Shown here: positions 20,187 through 30,500 of the stretch, piece by piece | How positions within the stretch are numbered: the stretch's first letter is position 1 | Layout: each line of letters opens with the position of its first letter | Assembly (NCBI GenBank): GCA_002811645.1 | Contig: PDIP01000094.1 | Span: forward strand, 1-64,000 | Length of the DNA stretch: 64,000 nucleotides | Source of the DNA: Corallochytrium limacisporum Hawaii | Lineage: Eukaryota; Protista; Pluriformea | Direction: 5' to 3' | Notes under the pieces: generated by a model | Seen by the model: only the letters and a program-made list of their open reading frames with translations | Told to the model about the DNA's origin: nothing | Databases searched by the model: none | Position numbers and translations under genes: made by a program

Positions 20187-22786
20187 GCAAACTCAAAACA
20201 AAAATAAAAACAAAAAGCCAGTGCCAAAAAGGAAAATTCTTCAAATTCTTCCTCTCGAATTCCCCTGGTCTACAACTCCCAACGCGCCAAAATCGTGTGC
20301 TCTCTCTGTAGGTGCGCCCAGAATTGGGTCTCGAGCTTTCTTGCCTTTTTTACCCCTCTCTCATGTTTTTCTTTACCGTGGTACCAAAATTTCCCCGAAC
20401 GTCGCGCTTTGCTGCCACGCCACACTTACACATTTTTTTACTCTGCCGGGTATGGTCCTTCGCACCCAATTTCAGAGAAAAGAGTTAAATCTACCTTATA
20501 AAGTTTCTATACAACCACTATTGGTAGCCCGGTCGCGTTCAATCGGGCACGGGGCTCTCCAGAAAACAAGCAAAGCGAATAAATTCCGAACCTTGCCTGG
20601 GCCCCCCCTCGCGCGAGGGACTCCCCTCCCTTTCCAGCAGTTTGTGTCGTTTAGCTCGCCGGGGTGGTCAACCGGTGTCCTCAGGATTCATTGTTTCGGA
20701 TTTCCTATATACTAAATGTTGCCTAGATGTTTGAATGTTTCTTGTTTGCGTGTTGCAGAATGCATGTCCCTCTGTTTCGTTTGGGTTAGTGTCTGGGTGT
20801 GTTTTTGGTTTTGCTGATTCCTAACAATCTCTTTTTCTGCTTAAGAGGCCGTGAACGGGCATTTTTTACCCCGCACGGATGAAGGAGGAGAGTCTGCCGG
20901 TGGTGTGGTGGTGCGTCTACGCTGGTTCTGTCGCTGGTCGCCGTGGAAGGGCACCACCGCCTGTCTCTTCTTGCAAAGGTGGAGAGCCGCGGCCCGACCG
21001 AGCCATTTGAGGGTTCTACAAGTACCACGGTTATTCCTGCTTCACTTGATTCCTCGGTGTGCGTGTGTGTTTGTTGTAATCATGGCCCGTTGCCCCTGAC
21101 CTTGGGGCTGTCTCTATGGTGGCTTCCACCCCAGGAATGGCTAATGAGTTCTGTGTGTTAAAAACCACACTGGTTCCGGTCGAGATGTTGCCGGTCTCTT
21201 CTCGAATGGGAACAAATGGGAAACCAAACGGAAGGGGTCAAAAAAACGATACCAATACGGCTCCCTGTCATTCCAACATGGTTTGTTACTCTAAGGATCG
21301 CCCCAAACGCAACTAAGCAAACACAGTCATCATGTCCAAGCTTCCGCCGTCAAGGGCATCCTAGTACCAGTAGAATCTACCTACAAGATCCCACACAATG
21401 ACAAACAGCGCTAGCGAAGTCAATTCAGGATTAATCTTTCCATCGCGAATGATGTCTCCACGGGCTTACGTCAACATGGGCCCCACCGCGTTGTCCCTCA
21501 TCAGTTGCGCATCATACATTCAGTTCTATCCCGTACATCTCCGTCGGTGTTCATAACAAACTAGTCTTGCAAAGATCCGAACTGCTTCTCCAAGGGAGTG
21601 TCGAGTCGCTTCATGGAAACTTTTGTGCCTCTCCGGATTCCCGTTCTGGGGCGGATTGATGCACGATCAATTCTTCATCCTGCTTTTCTCGTCTGGTCGG
21701 TCGGTCTTATCACTTAAACAGCGGTGGCCACAAGAAACATCAGCTTATCCTTTTAAGCCAAAACTGGGGGCCCGGTCTTCGGGAGTAAGCAACGAAAACG
21801 ACGCGACGGCAGCAACGACCGGGATCCATACACAGAGTCACAGAAGTATCTCTAATTCGGGGCTAAAAAACTTTGTTTGCCTTCCTCTTTCTCTTCTTCT
21901 CAAAACCACAGGCGGAACTAAGAAAAATTCGGCTCTGGCCGAATCGAAAATAAAAGTCCCGGTGCATCCCTCCTTGCCAGTTCTTCTTTTGCCTGGGTAC
22001 TGTGTACCGCGGACGACCCACGCATTGTTACGGCAGTTAAACCCCCCCCCCTCTTCCCTTTCCTTTCCCCGGGGGGGTCGTGCACCTTCCTAGCCTGGCA
22101 GAGGAGGGGGGGATGCGCAGGGAAGGCATTTCGCACAATAACACCAGGACCAGCAGCAGCAGCTCTATTTTTCCTCTCCCGCCGGATCAGCTCGATTTTG
22201 GTAGAGTTTCTATACCGGGACGGCCGGAACAGTAGAATTTCCTGTCTTCGGCAGAATAGAAAAAAAATGGACCAATGAACATCGGGAAAAAAACCCCCCT
22301 TTCACTCTCCCAATCATCGATCCCTCAAGAATTGCCGTTTTGTATTCTTTTTACAGTCCATTTTCCAGAGCCCCCAAACCCACTGTTCTCCTTTTGCTTT
22401 TTCTTTCGTCTGTACCTTCCCCCCCCCCGGGGGGCGGTGTCTCCGATGTAAAACCTCTTTGTGAACGAACACGGGTGGGCAGGACACGGCAAGGTTTGGG
22501 TAGATAACATACGGTGAAATTTTGGGAGAGATCGGCTGCGGCAATTTTGTTTTTTAGGAAAAAAGAAGGTAAAACTCAGGGAAAAAGCCAACTCTTCCGC
22601 TCTCCCTCGCCCTTTTGCTCCCCATTCCCTTAACGCCAAAGGGCCCCGCCGTGCCTCCCGGGGGTGGGGGGGGGAGAAGCAGCGGTGTTTACGGAAGTTA
22701 AGGGAGAGGCAAGTGGCTAGTCGGCGGGTGGGTTGGGAAGTGGGGGAGGGGAGGTTTCGAAGGGGGGGGGGAGGGGGAGGACGAGG

Positions 22787-23002
22787 NNNNNNNNNNNNNN
22801 NNNNNNNNNNNNNNNNNNNNNNNNNNNNNNNNNNNNNNNNNNNNNNNNNNNNNNNNNNNNNNNNNNNNNNNNNNNNNNNNNNNNNNNNNNNNNNNNNNNN
22901 NNNNNNNNNNNNNNNNNNNNNNNNNNNNNNNNNNNNNNNNNNNNNNNNNNNNNNNNNNNNNNNNNNNNNNNNNNNNNNNNNNNNNNNNNNNNNNNNNNNN
23001 NN
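22787..23002. other. Assembly gap (N run) flanked by G tracts
   Basis: N run in sequence. Confidence 1.
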
Positions 23003-23448
23003 AAAAGGGGGCGGAGGGAGTCAGGGGAAGGGGGAGGGGGAAAGGGGTTGGTTGGTTGGTCTCAAGGGCCACGCTCAGAAGGTCTGCGCCGATAACCTTC
23101 CGTTTTACTATTGCCTGGGGTCGATTCCGGCCTCAAGGGCCCCTAAGCTTGATACGGGCACGGTTAGGAATCACGGGTCTGTTGTATTTCGTTTGTTTGT
23201 GTACGAAGATAACGGTATGTTGATGTTGGGGCTGTAGACGACGATTTTAAGGAATTTATCGTGGGACAACGGTGTAATGAGGTAGCCGCGGGAGTAATAC
23301 GAACAGATCAATCAAGAAGATCACGAGGTATATAGAGATCAGCAGACTAAAAAAAGAAACCCTGCCATTTTGTAAGGGATAGCAAGTTGACTATGTGAAC
23401 ACTTAGAACCCCATGGACTCTCTGTAGACAGAGAGATATAGACTTAGA

Positions 23449-25911
23449 ATGGCATCTGTACATAAGGAAAGGGAGGATAGCCTGTCCTCCGCCAACAGGT
23501 TCATGGGTATGGAACCCAGCATGGAAACCGAAGCGGAAGAAAAGCGGCCGTCGCTGCAGTCACATCATAGTAGCAGTGTCGGGATCGAGGAGCACTCTGA
23601 CGCAAGCAGTGAGGTCTCTAATCTTAGCGAACAGCAGGTGGAATACATGAACCCGACCACCACCGAACAGTTCCGGGCCATGCAGGTCCAGCTCAGCGAA
23701 TGCGGACGTCAGAAACTTCAGTATGTCGCAGATTCCGAGATTGGTGCTGATCAGGCCGTCTGCGGTCCCTACGGCATGCGCAAGGCCGTCTATTTCGACT
23801 ACACCGCCAGCGGACGGAGCATCTCCTTTATCGAAGACTTTATCCGCAACGAGGTGCTTCCCCGCTACGCGAACACCCACTCTGAGAGCGCCAGTTTCGG
23901 GCGGCAGATGGGTGCCCTCGTTCAGGAGTCTCGCTCCATTATCCGTAAGGCCGTTGGTGGCAACAGTGACTACGCTGTGATCTTTGCTGGAACTGGCTGC
24001 ACTGGTGCTATTCACACACTTCTGCACGCTCTCTCCGACCGATACTCCGACTCCTCTGTCCGAGAACAGGTATGGGGCGCGGAGTGTACGGATATACCGG
24101 ACCCTGTGGTCTTCGTCAGCCCGTACGAACACCATTCTAACATCTTGCCTTGGCGCGAGGGCGGCTTCCAAGTCGAACAGATGCCGCTGGAGGAGGACGG
24201 TACAATGAGCATCGAGCTCCTGGAGAAGAAGCTGGCTTACTACTCCAACCTCGGATTCCGTAAGGAATGGCTTGTGGTCAGCATGGCTAGTGCAGCAAAT
24301 GTCACCGGTGTTCAGCTGGATGTCGATCGCATCACTCACATGACAAAGAAATATGGAGGCCTGGCCTTCTGGGATTACGCTGCTGCTGCACCGTACGTCC
24401 ACATGACTGTTCACGATTCCACCCACTCCAAGGACGGATGGAAGGACGCAATCATGTTCAGTATGCACAAACTTCCCGGCGGCCCTGGTACCCCCGGCAT
24501 CCTCATCGTGCGCAAGAGTCTGCTGAACAGCTATGCTGCTCCGTACACGGGTGAAGTCAATAGCAACCTTAGCAACGTGCGGCGTATGCGTCCTCCTGGC
24601 CGTGTCGGTGGCGGCACGGTACGCTACGTCGACCATAATACCCATGGTTTCCTTACCGATGTTGAAGTCCGCGAGGAAGCCGGCACACCGGACATTGTTG
24701 GCTCCATCCGAGCTGGCTTGGTGATGCAACTGAAAATGCAAATCGGTGCCAGCACCATCCAGACTGCTGAGCACGGCATCAATGAAGCAGTCCAAGACCG
24801 TTTCACTGCCCATCCGAACATTTGCTTGCTCGGGGGTGAAAGCAGCAGCCATCGCCTGTGTGTGTTCAGTATCATGATGAAGTTTGACCCGCAGGCCAAC
24901 AGCCGCTTTGCCAGTGTCGGCAATACATCAGGCCTCCTGCAGCAAGCCAGTGACAAGAGCACGACCTCGCCCTACTACCTTCACCACGAATTTGCGGCCA
25001 AGCTGATGTGCGATCTTTTTGGCATCCAAGTCCGAGGTGGCTGTCTGTGCGCCGGACCGTACGCCATTGACCTGCTGGGCCTGACCAAGCAAACAGCCGA
25101 GCGTTACAAGATGGCCCTGATCCCGGAAGCCCGCGGCACGATCGAGAACCCTGAAGGTCAGGAGCTCCAGGAATGTCTGAAGCCCGGAGTGATTCGCATA
25201 AGTGTGCCTCCCTTCGTCCAGTGCGAGGAGCTGAACTACCTTATCAGTGCGGTCGAGTTTGTCGCCACCTACGGTTGGAAGTTCCTGCCGTGGTACCAGG
25301 TGAACCCCGTCAACGGATACTGGCGCTATATTGGCCCGACCGCAATGAGCAATGAAGACGTCCGTGACGGCATTGCCCAGATGCCCGAGGAGGACGAAAA
25401 TGAGATTGCTCTGTCCGGATTGATGTTTGAGAGCGTCTCCAAGGGTGGTCAGGTCCGCTACCAGTCCAAGAAACACACTGGCATGCACCGCCTCTTTGGT
25501 AATGACCAGGTACTCAGCCGCCAGGAGGCCTTCAATCGTGCGTACCAGATCCTCGAAAAGGCCGAGGAGGACCTCATGCTGCACACCAAGACCTTAAGCG
25601 AACAACAGATTAACGACATGAGCGTCTTCGATGCTCCCGACGCCATGCTCCCGATCCCGGAAATGGAAAGTCTGCGCTGGTTCGCGACAAACAGGGAGGT
25701 TTTCATGGCAGCCAAGACCGGTGAGGTGCTGGAGCAGCCGACCCATCTCTTCCATCCGCTCCTTGTGCAGGGCCGCCAGGGTGCTGTAGAGGAAACTGAC
25801 CGTTGCAGGCAGCATCCCGTGGCTGCGGCAAAGAAGTTTAAACGCAGCGGTGGTCTGTCTACCGTCTTGCGTAGTGCTGTCAGCTTGTACGGGCTCCCGT
25901 CATGGTATTAG
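23449..25911 (+). CDS. PLP-dependent class V aminotransferase / cysteine desulfurase-like protein (820 aa)
   Basis: YFDYTASGRS, YANTHS, PYEHHSNILPW, FWDYAAAAPY, FSMHK (PLP Lys), EEAGTP and RGGCLCAGPY (SufS-type RxGxxCA Cys loop). Confidence 0.92.
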   Translation: MASVHKEREDSLSSANRFMGMEPSMETEAEEKRPSLQSHHSSSVGIEEHSDASSEVSNLSEQQVEYMNPTTTEQFRAMQVQLSECGRQKLQYVADSEIGADQAVCGPYGMRKAVYFDYTASGRSISFIEDFIRNEVLPRYANTHSESASFGRQMGALVQESRSIIRKAVGGNSDYAVIFAGTGCTGAIHTLLHALSDRYSDSSVREQVWGAECTDIPDPVVFVSPYEHHSNILPWREGGFQVEQMPLEEDGTMSIELLEKKLAYYSNLGFRKEWLVVSMASAANVTGVQLDVDRITHMTKKYGGLAFWDYAAAAPYVHMTVHDSTHSKDGWKDAIMFSMHKLPGGPGTPGILIVRKSLLNSYAAPYTGEVNSNLSNVRRMRPPGRVGGGTVRYVDHNTHGFLTDVEVREEAGTPDIVGSIRAGLVMQLKMQIGASTIQTAEHGINEAVQDRFTAHPNICLLGGESSSHRLCVFSIMMKFDPQANSRFASVGNTSGLLQQASDKSTTSPYYLHHEFAAKLMCDLFGIQVRGGCLCAGPYAIDLLGLTKQTAERYKMALIPEARGTIENPEGQELQECLKPGVIRISVPPFVQCEELNYLISAVEFVATYGWKFLPWYQVNPVNGYWRYIGPTAMSNEDVRDGIAQMPEEDENEIALSGLMFESVSKGGQVRYQSKKHTGMHRLFGNDQVLSRQEAFNRAYQILEKAEEDLMLHTKTLSEQQINDMSVFDAPDAMLPIPEMESLRWFATNREVFMAAKTGEVLEQPTHLFHPLLVQGRQGAVEETDRCRQHPVAAAKKFKRSGGLSTVLRSAVSLYGLPSWY

Positions 25912-25973
25912 ATAACGTAGACCGGGAGAAGTGAATTGAAATTAATAGAACTGTATCATTAGATCTTCTTTAC

Positions 25974-27032
25974 TTATACCATATCATCGTATTCCCCGAG
26001 TTCGTCCTCCCCCACATCAGCGGCGCAAGTGTACTCAATCATCCCGTCTTGGTCGTCTTCGTGCTTCATCAAGACACGAACGTTTAGTGTTCCTTGCTCA
26101 TTCATGCGCAGGTTAATTCGCCTTGCCATCGGCAGTGCCTTGGTAATGTTCTTAATAAGGGACAATCGGTAGCGGAACGTAATGTGGGATTCTTTGAGCT
26201 GCAAATCATCCATGACGTCGGCGTTATGCGGAAATGCGACAGTCATTCTACCGGCGTCACCTTGTGTAATGAGCTGTAGGTGTGGCTGTGTCAAGCTCAT
26301 GCGAATCTCAAGGACCTCTGAGCTCATGTCCAGATCCGCGAAAGCCTCCCGGAACCATTCTGCCTTCATGATAACGGTGCCAATGATATCTGAGGTTGCA
26401 AATTGGAGATCGAGCGCCGATTCGTTCTCGTCCATAGTTTTAATTGAACAGTTGGTGGTGATCCCGCTTTCTTCCATCATCAAAATAAAGGGGTGGCCCT
26501 GCCCCTCATAGTGCAAGCGCACCGCCGTCTTGCTCAGGATCGGATTGCCCGGTGCGATAGCTGAACGCCTGTCTGACTCTCCATAGGCGTTAAACATGAC
26601 AGTACCAGCGCCTGTTGTTGATGATGCTGCTACGCTGCTTGCACCTCCAAATATGTTCAGGGCGTCTATCAACGTTGTCAGGGGCAGTCGGAAAGTCCAT
26701 CGCCGTCCGTCGAGGCCTTCCACACCATGTGCAGCACCACCAGGTCTCATCATCGCTGACAAGGCCAATTGGTGACCGAAGAGAATGTAATCCTCAAAGA
26801 GTGCTGGCTCCAGAATGGCGGTTCCGCTATAACATTGACTACTGTCAGTGGAGAAACGAATTCCTTCCTTACTGATGTCTATATGAACCCGATCGATAGT
26901 GCGGTCCTGATACCCCGAAAGTGCCCGTAAGACGACACCCATTTTGCGAACATTATCCAAACGTGCCCGTAACACATTCTCTGCCGTGTTTTGCACGTAG
27001 GAATCTGTCATGGTGAGCGCCGGCACCGGCAT
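25974..27032 (-). CDS. RAD1: Rad1/Rec1/Rad17 subunit of the 9-1-1 checkpoint clamp
   Basis: LRARLDNVR, LFEDY, LIDALNIFG, YEGQGHPFILMMEESGITTNCSIKT, FREAFADLD, FRYRLSLIK and RMNEQGTL. In-frame ATGs at 27032 and 27011. Confidence 0.92.
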   Translation of the reverse strand: MPVPALTMTDSYVQNTAENVLRARLDNVRKMGVVLRALSGYQDRTIDRVHIDISKEGIRFSTDSSQCYSGTAILEPALFEDYILFGHQLALSAMMRPGGAAHGVEGLDGRRWTFRLPLTTLIDALNIFGGASSVAASSTTGAGTVMFNAYGESDRRSAIAPGNPILSKTAVRLHYEGQGHPFILMMEESGITTNCSIKTMDENESALDLQFATSDIIGTVIMKAEWFREAFADLDMSSEVLEIRMSLTQPHLQLITQGDAGRMTVAFPHNADVMDDLQLKESHITFRYRLSLIKNITKALPMARRINLRMNEQGTLNVRVLMKHEDDQDGMIEYTCAADVGEDELGEYDDMV

Positions 27033-27368
27033 CTCAAGAGTACCAGTCAGAAACAACAAAGGCTGCAGACTATGGAGTCACGCGGTCCTGCGGTATGGTC
27101 TAAGAGAGATGATTACATTGCCTCTCGTTTCTTTACGACATCACTCACATGTATTCCCATTCACAGGGAGGCCAAAACAACTGGCGATTACTCTCGAATA
27201 GCTGGCACACGTAGGGACCAGAATTGATGCGATTTGAGTGGGATGAGACCCAGCCTACGGTGTGGAAGTCTATTTTCTGCTGCCCCAATATTTTTCGCGC
27301 CCAATATTGAACTTCCACATGGAGGGCCTATTTTTGCTCCTCTTCCGGGGCGGTCCGCACCAAAGGGG

Positions 27369-27589
27369 NNNNNNNNNNNNNNNNNNNNNNNNNNNNNNNN
27401 NNNNNNNNNNNNNNNNNNNNNNNNNNNNNNNNNNNNNNNNNNNNNNNNNNNNNNNNNNNNNNNNNNNNNNNNNNNNNNNNNNNNNNNNNNNNNNNNNNNN
27501 NNNNNNNNNNNNNNNNNNNNNNNNNNNNNNNNNNNNNNNNNNNNNNNNNNNNNNNNNNNNNNNNNNNNNNNNNNNNNNNNNNNNNNNNN
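27369..27589. other. Assembly gap (N run) flanked by G tracts
   Basis: N run in sequence. Confidence 1.
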
Positions 27590-30500
27590 GGGGAGATTTG
27601 GGTGGGGGTCACAATGAGTGGCGACCCTGCAGGATGGGGGTCACATTTTTATGGCAATGCTTTCACGCTCCTGCATTCAGGCTCCCTAGCATGCAATCCA
27701 TGCGCACTTATGCACACAACCACAACACATTCTACTTCTCCGCATGTTGGGGCCTTAAGCCGCTATGACGCATTTTCGTCACTCTCGGGGACGAAGCAGC
27801 AAGGATTTGATGAATCGAACGATGATGACGGTACCCTACACTTTTGTCTGCAAATGGTTGGTCCCCTGTGATGCCCAGTGTGTACTTATGTGCAAGAACG
27901 ATGATGTGGTGGGGCATCTAGATTGTACTCACCCCTTCTTGCTCAGAACAGGAAGCCTTTTAGAGGCATCATGTTTTGTTGGGACATTTTCCTGCTGATT
28001 GCCTGCGCGCCCCTTAGATTGTTACTTTGTCACGACAGTGATGTGTCCGTGCCCCGACTGACAACATGGATTCCCCGCCACCAAAAGTGACCTTGGCCAA
28101 AACTCAGGGCGACCACCACACGGAAGCACCTAAGAACAGTCCAACAGAGGCATTCTATAGTGAACATTCCCCCTGTTCAGCTGCCTCGCGGTCAGCTGAA
28201 CAGTGGAACGTTCGTGTCCAGTGCCTCAGGATAATGTGAAGAAATTTTCTCAGATTTTGTAAAGTGGGGAAGTGACAGTGAGGGAGGGAGAGTGCCCAAG
28301 CTTAGGGCTTCAATACACACCGATGACGGGCGATCCCGTGGCACTGTGGCTCTCGTAAACTTCAAGTTTGTCGTGCACATGAGGGGGGCCTAAAGGGCAA
28401 TGGCATGGATACCAGTATTCAGTGTTTACAAGCATAGGATCAAGATTTGGTCTTGTTTCAAACTCTCTCGTGCGCCTAGATTCGGACTGGGTACGTCTCT
28501 TGTGACTCACTGTTTCATTCACGAAACCAATAGCCAACCACCTTTACCAAGTCCATGTTCATCACTGCAATATCTTTTTGTTGGGGCTCGAGGAGATGTA
28601 GCCATTCTGTACCCCGCATTCAGGGTGTTCTGAAGGGAACCGCAAATGTAGAAAGATATCTCCTGTCCTACAGTAGCCCACATCGCTGTGTGTCCCTGTG
28701 GATGGGTGTCCCGAGCTGACATGGTGACCCCTTCATGATTTGCTTTCATTGGGAAGGTTGGTTAAAGGGAGGATGGTAAATGTGTCATCACCTCCAGAAA
28801 AGTTTGGAGTTGAAACGTCTGGATCTCCCCTCACCTCTGACCAAAGGTGTTTACCGATGTGTGGCTGTCGATTCTCTGGCCACGAACATACTTGACCCAA
28901 TCTCACCTCGCTGTCGCGAGCATTGTCTCCCAACTCTGTGGTACCCGACGATGCGATGCGGGTAGTACAATGCGATTGCAACAGCTCGTTTTGCTTCATG
29001 AAAATAAACATAAACACCGGGTAGTCCTGACCCAATGCACAAATTCGCGATCGATTCTGGCGCAGTGGCATTCGGCTGGTACCGATCCTTGACTATGACC
29101 TACCGCGCTTCCTAAGTTGTACAGAAAGCGACTGCGGCTTGCCTAGTTTGTTGTACAAGAGGGGGGGCTGTCGCCTGCGCTTGGCCATGCATACGTCATA
29201 CATCCGGCGCGTCATCGAAAGCCAGACCAGCTTTCGGGAGAGACGGGACTTTGTGCTATTTGTAAGGAGCCACCATGTAGTCCGGAATATCTTCTCCGGT
29301 GTACATCCTGCGGTTTGCTGTTTGTCAAGACATCCCAAGTATCTAGAACCCCAGCACAGAGCATACTTATCAACCCGAACTTACCATGGCAATCCCATAC
29401 AAGGGGCCACCAAAGACCCACCTAGGGCACATTGTACCTTGTGGGCGTGTCTCTTCCGCTTTTTCATCGAAACTGACAGAGCTCTCCATTTTTGCAAAAG
29501 CTTTCAAAACTGCTTCATTCTTCACTTCCCTTCATAGACTCAATTTTTGTCCGACATCTTGTTTCACCAACTGCATGGTATTACTTCTGGAGAAAACGGG
29601 ATTGGGGTAGATGTATTGGAATTTTCATTCAAAAGCACGCCTGCAAACCCAACGTACTGATATTGAACCGTGTATTGGATTCGCCAGTTCTCGATGATGC
29701 GAATGCTGTTGGTGATGATCATGCAACATTTCCTCTCTGACAAGAATGCACTTTTTTTTGATCCCCCACCCCTTCCCGCAGTAGCAAAAGCGTAGCTGTC
29801 TACCAACGGGTTTGATGGATAGATAGACCAATCCCGTCGTCGCTCAAATATAACCCGCGTACAAAGCCCCACCTCCGCCACAATCATGGACCAACATCGT
29901 TCCTCTTGTGCAGAAACTTTGAAGTGCGCAATGCATCAATAGTATAGCCGAGCCCGGCTGGGCTAACAGGGCTTAACTTTCAAATCGGCACACCATTGTA
30001 CAACAAGAGATTTGGTACAACAATCTCGGTCCCCCTCCAGAGAATACGGACATCGTCGCGCATGCAGAAGGAGCCGGCGGCGTGAGCACACTCTGGAGCA
30101 AGGGACATCCAGCGGATCTATGGACGACAAATATCAACCTTCTGCCCTTCCTCTGCGCTATCCCGGTTTGATACCTTTATTTCAAGGTTGCTGACTCAAC
30201 ACCTAAACGATTGGACTGTGCCATCAAAAAACAAGGTTTGTATACTAAACATATGCCATTTCTGAGCAGAGCTATGATGACATCAGCTATATGAGGTCAA
30301 CCATAGTTGCGGACAGCATGAGCGCACTGCGCAGGTCATCGGCCCCAATACTCATAGTCCTCACCCTCATCCAAAATATCGCCTGACCAGGAAAGTAAAT
30401 TTTTCATCTCAGTACTCAAAGTGCGGTGCACATGGACCACAGCATGATCGAAGTTGAGCGGAGCAAAAAAATTTTACACCCGTAGAGAGAGCTGCGGACG

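Noticed and set aside
23050-23145. GGTCGATTCC T-loop-like sequence (also TTCGACTCC at 30669) as a possible tRNA
   Set aside because: No cloverleaf, acceptor stem or matching A-box could be built.
23560-24852. 430-aa antisense ORF, plus other long antisense or alternate-frame ORFs (24928-25584, 35243-36097, 36345-37154, 49602-50288, 52954-53703, 56508-57362)
   Set aside because: They are shadows of real CDSs with biased codon usage and have no recognisable motifs.
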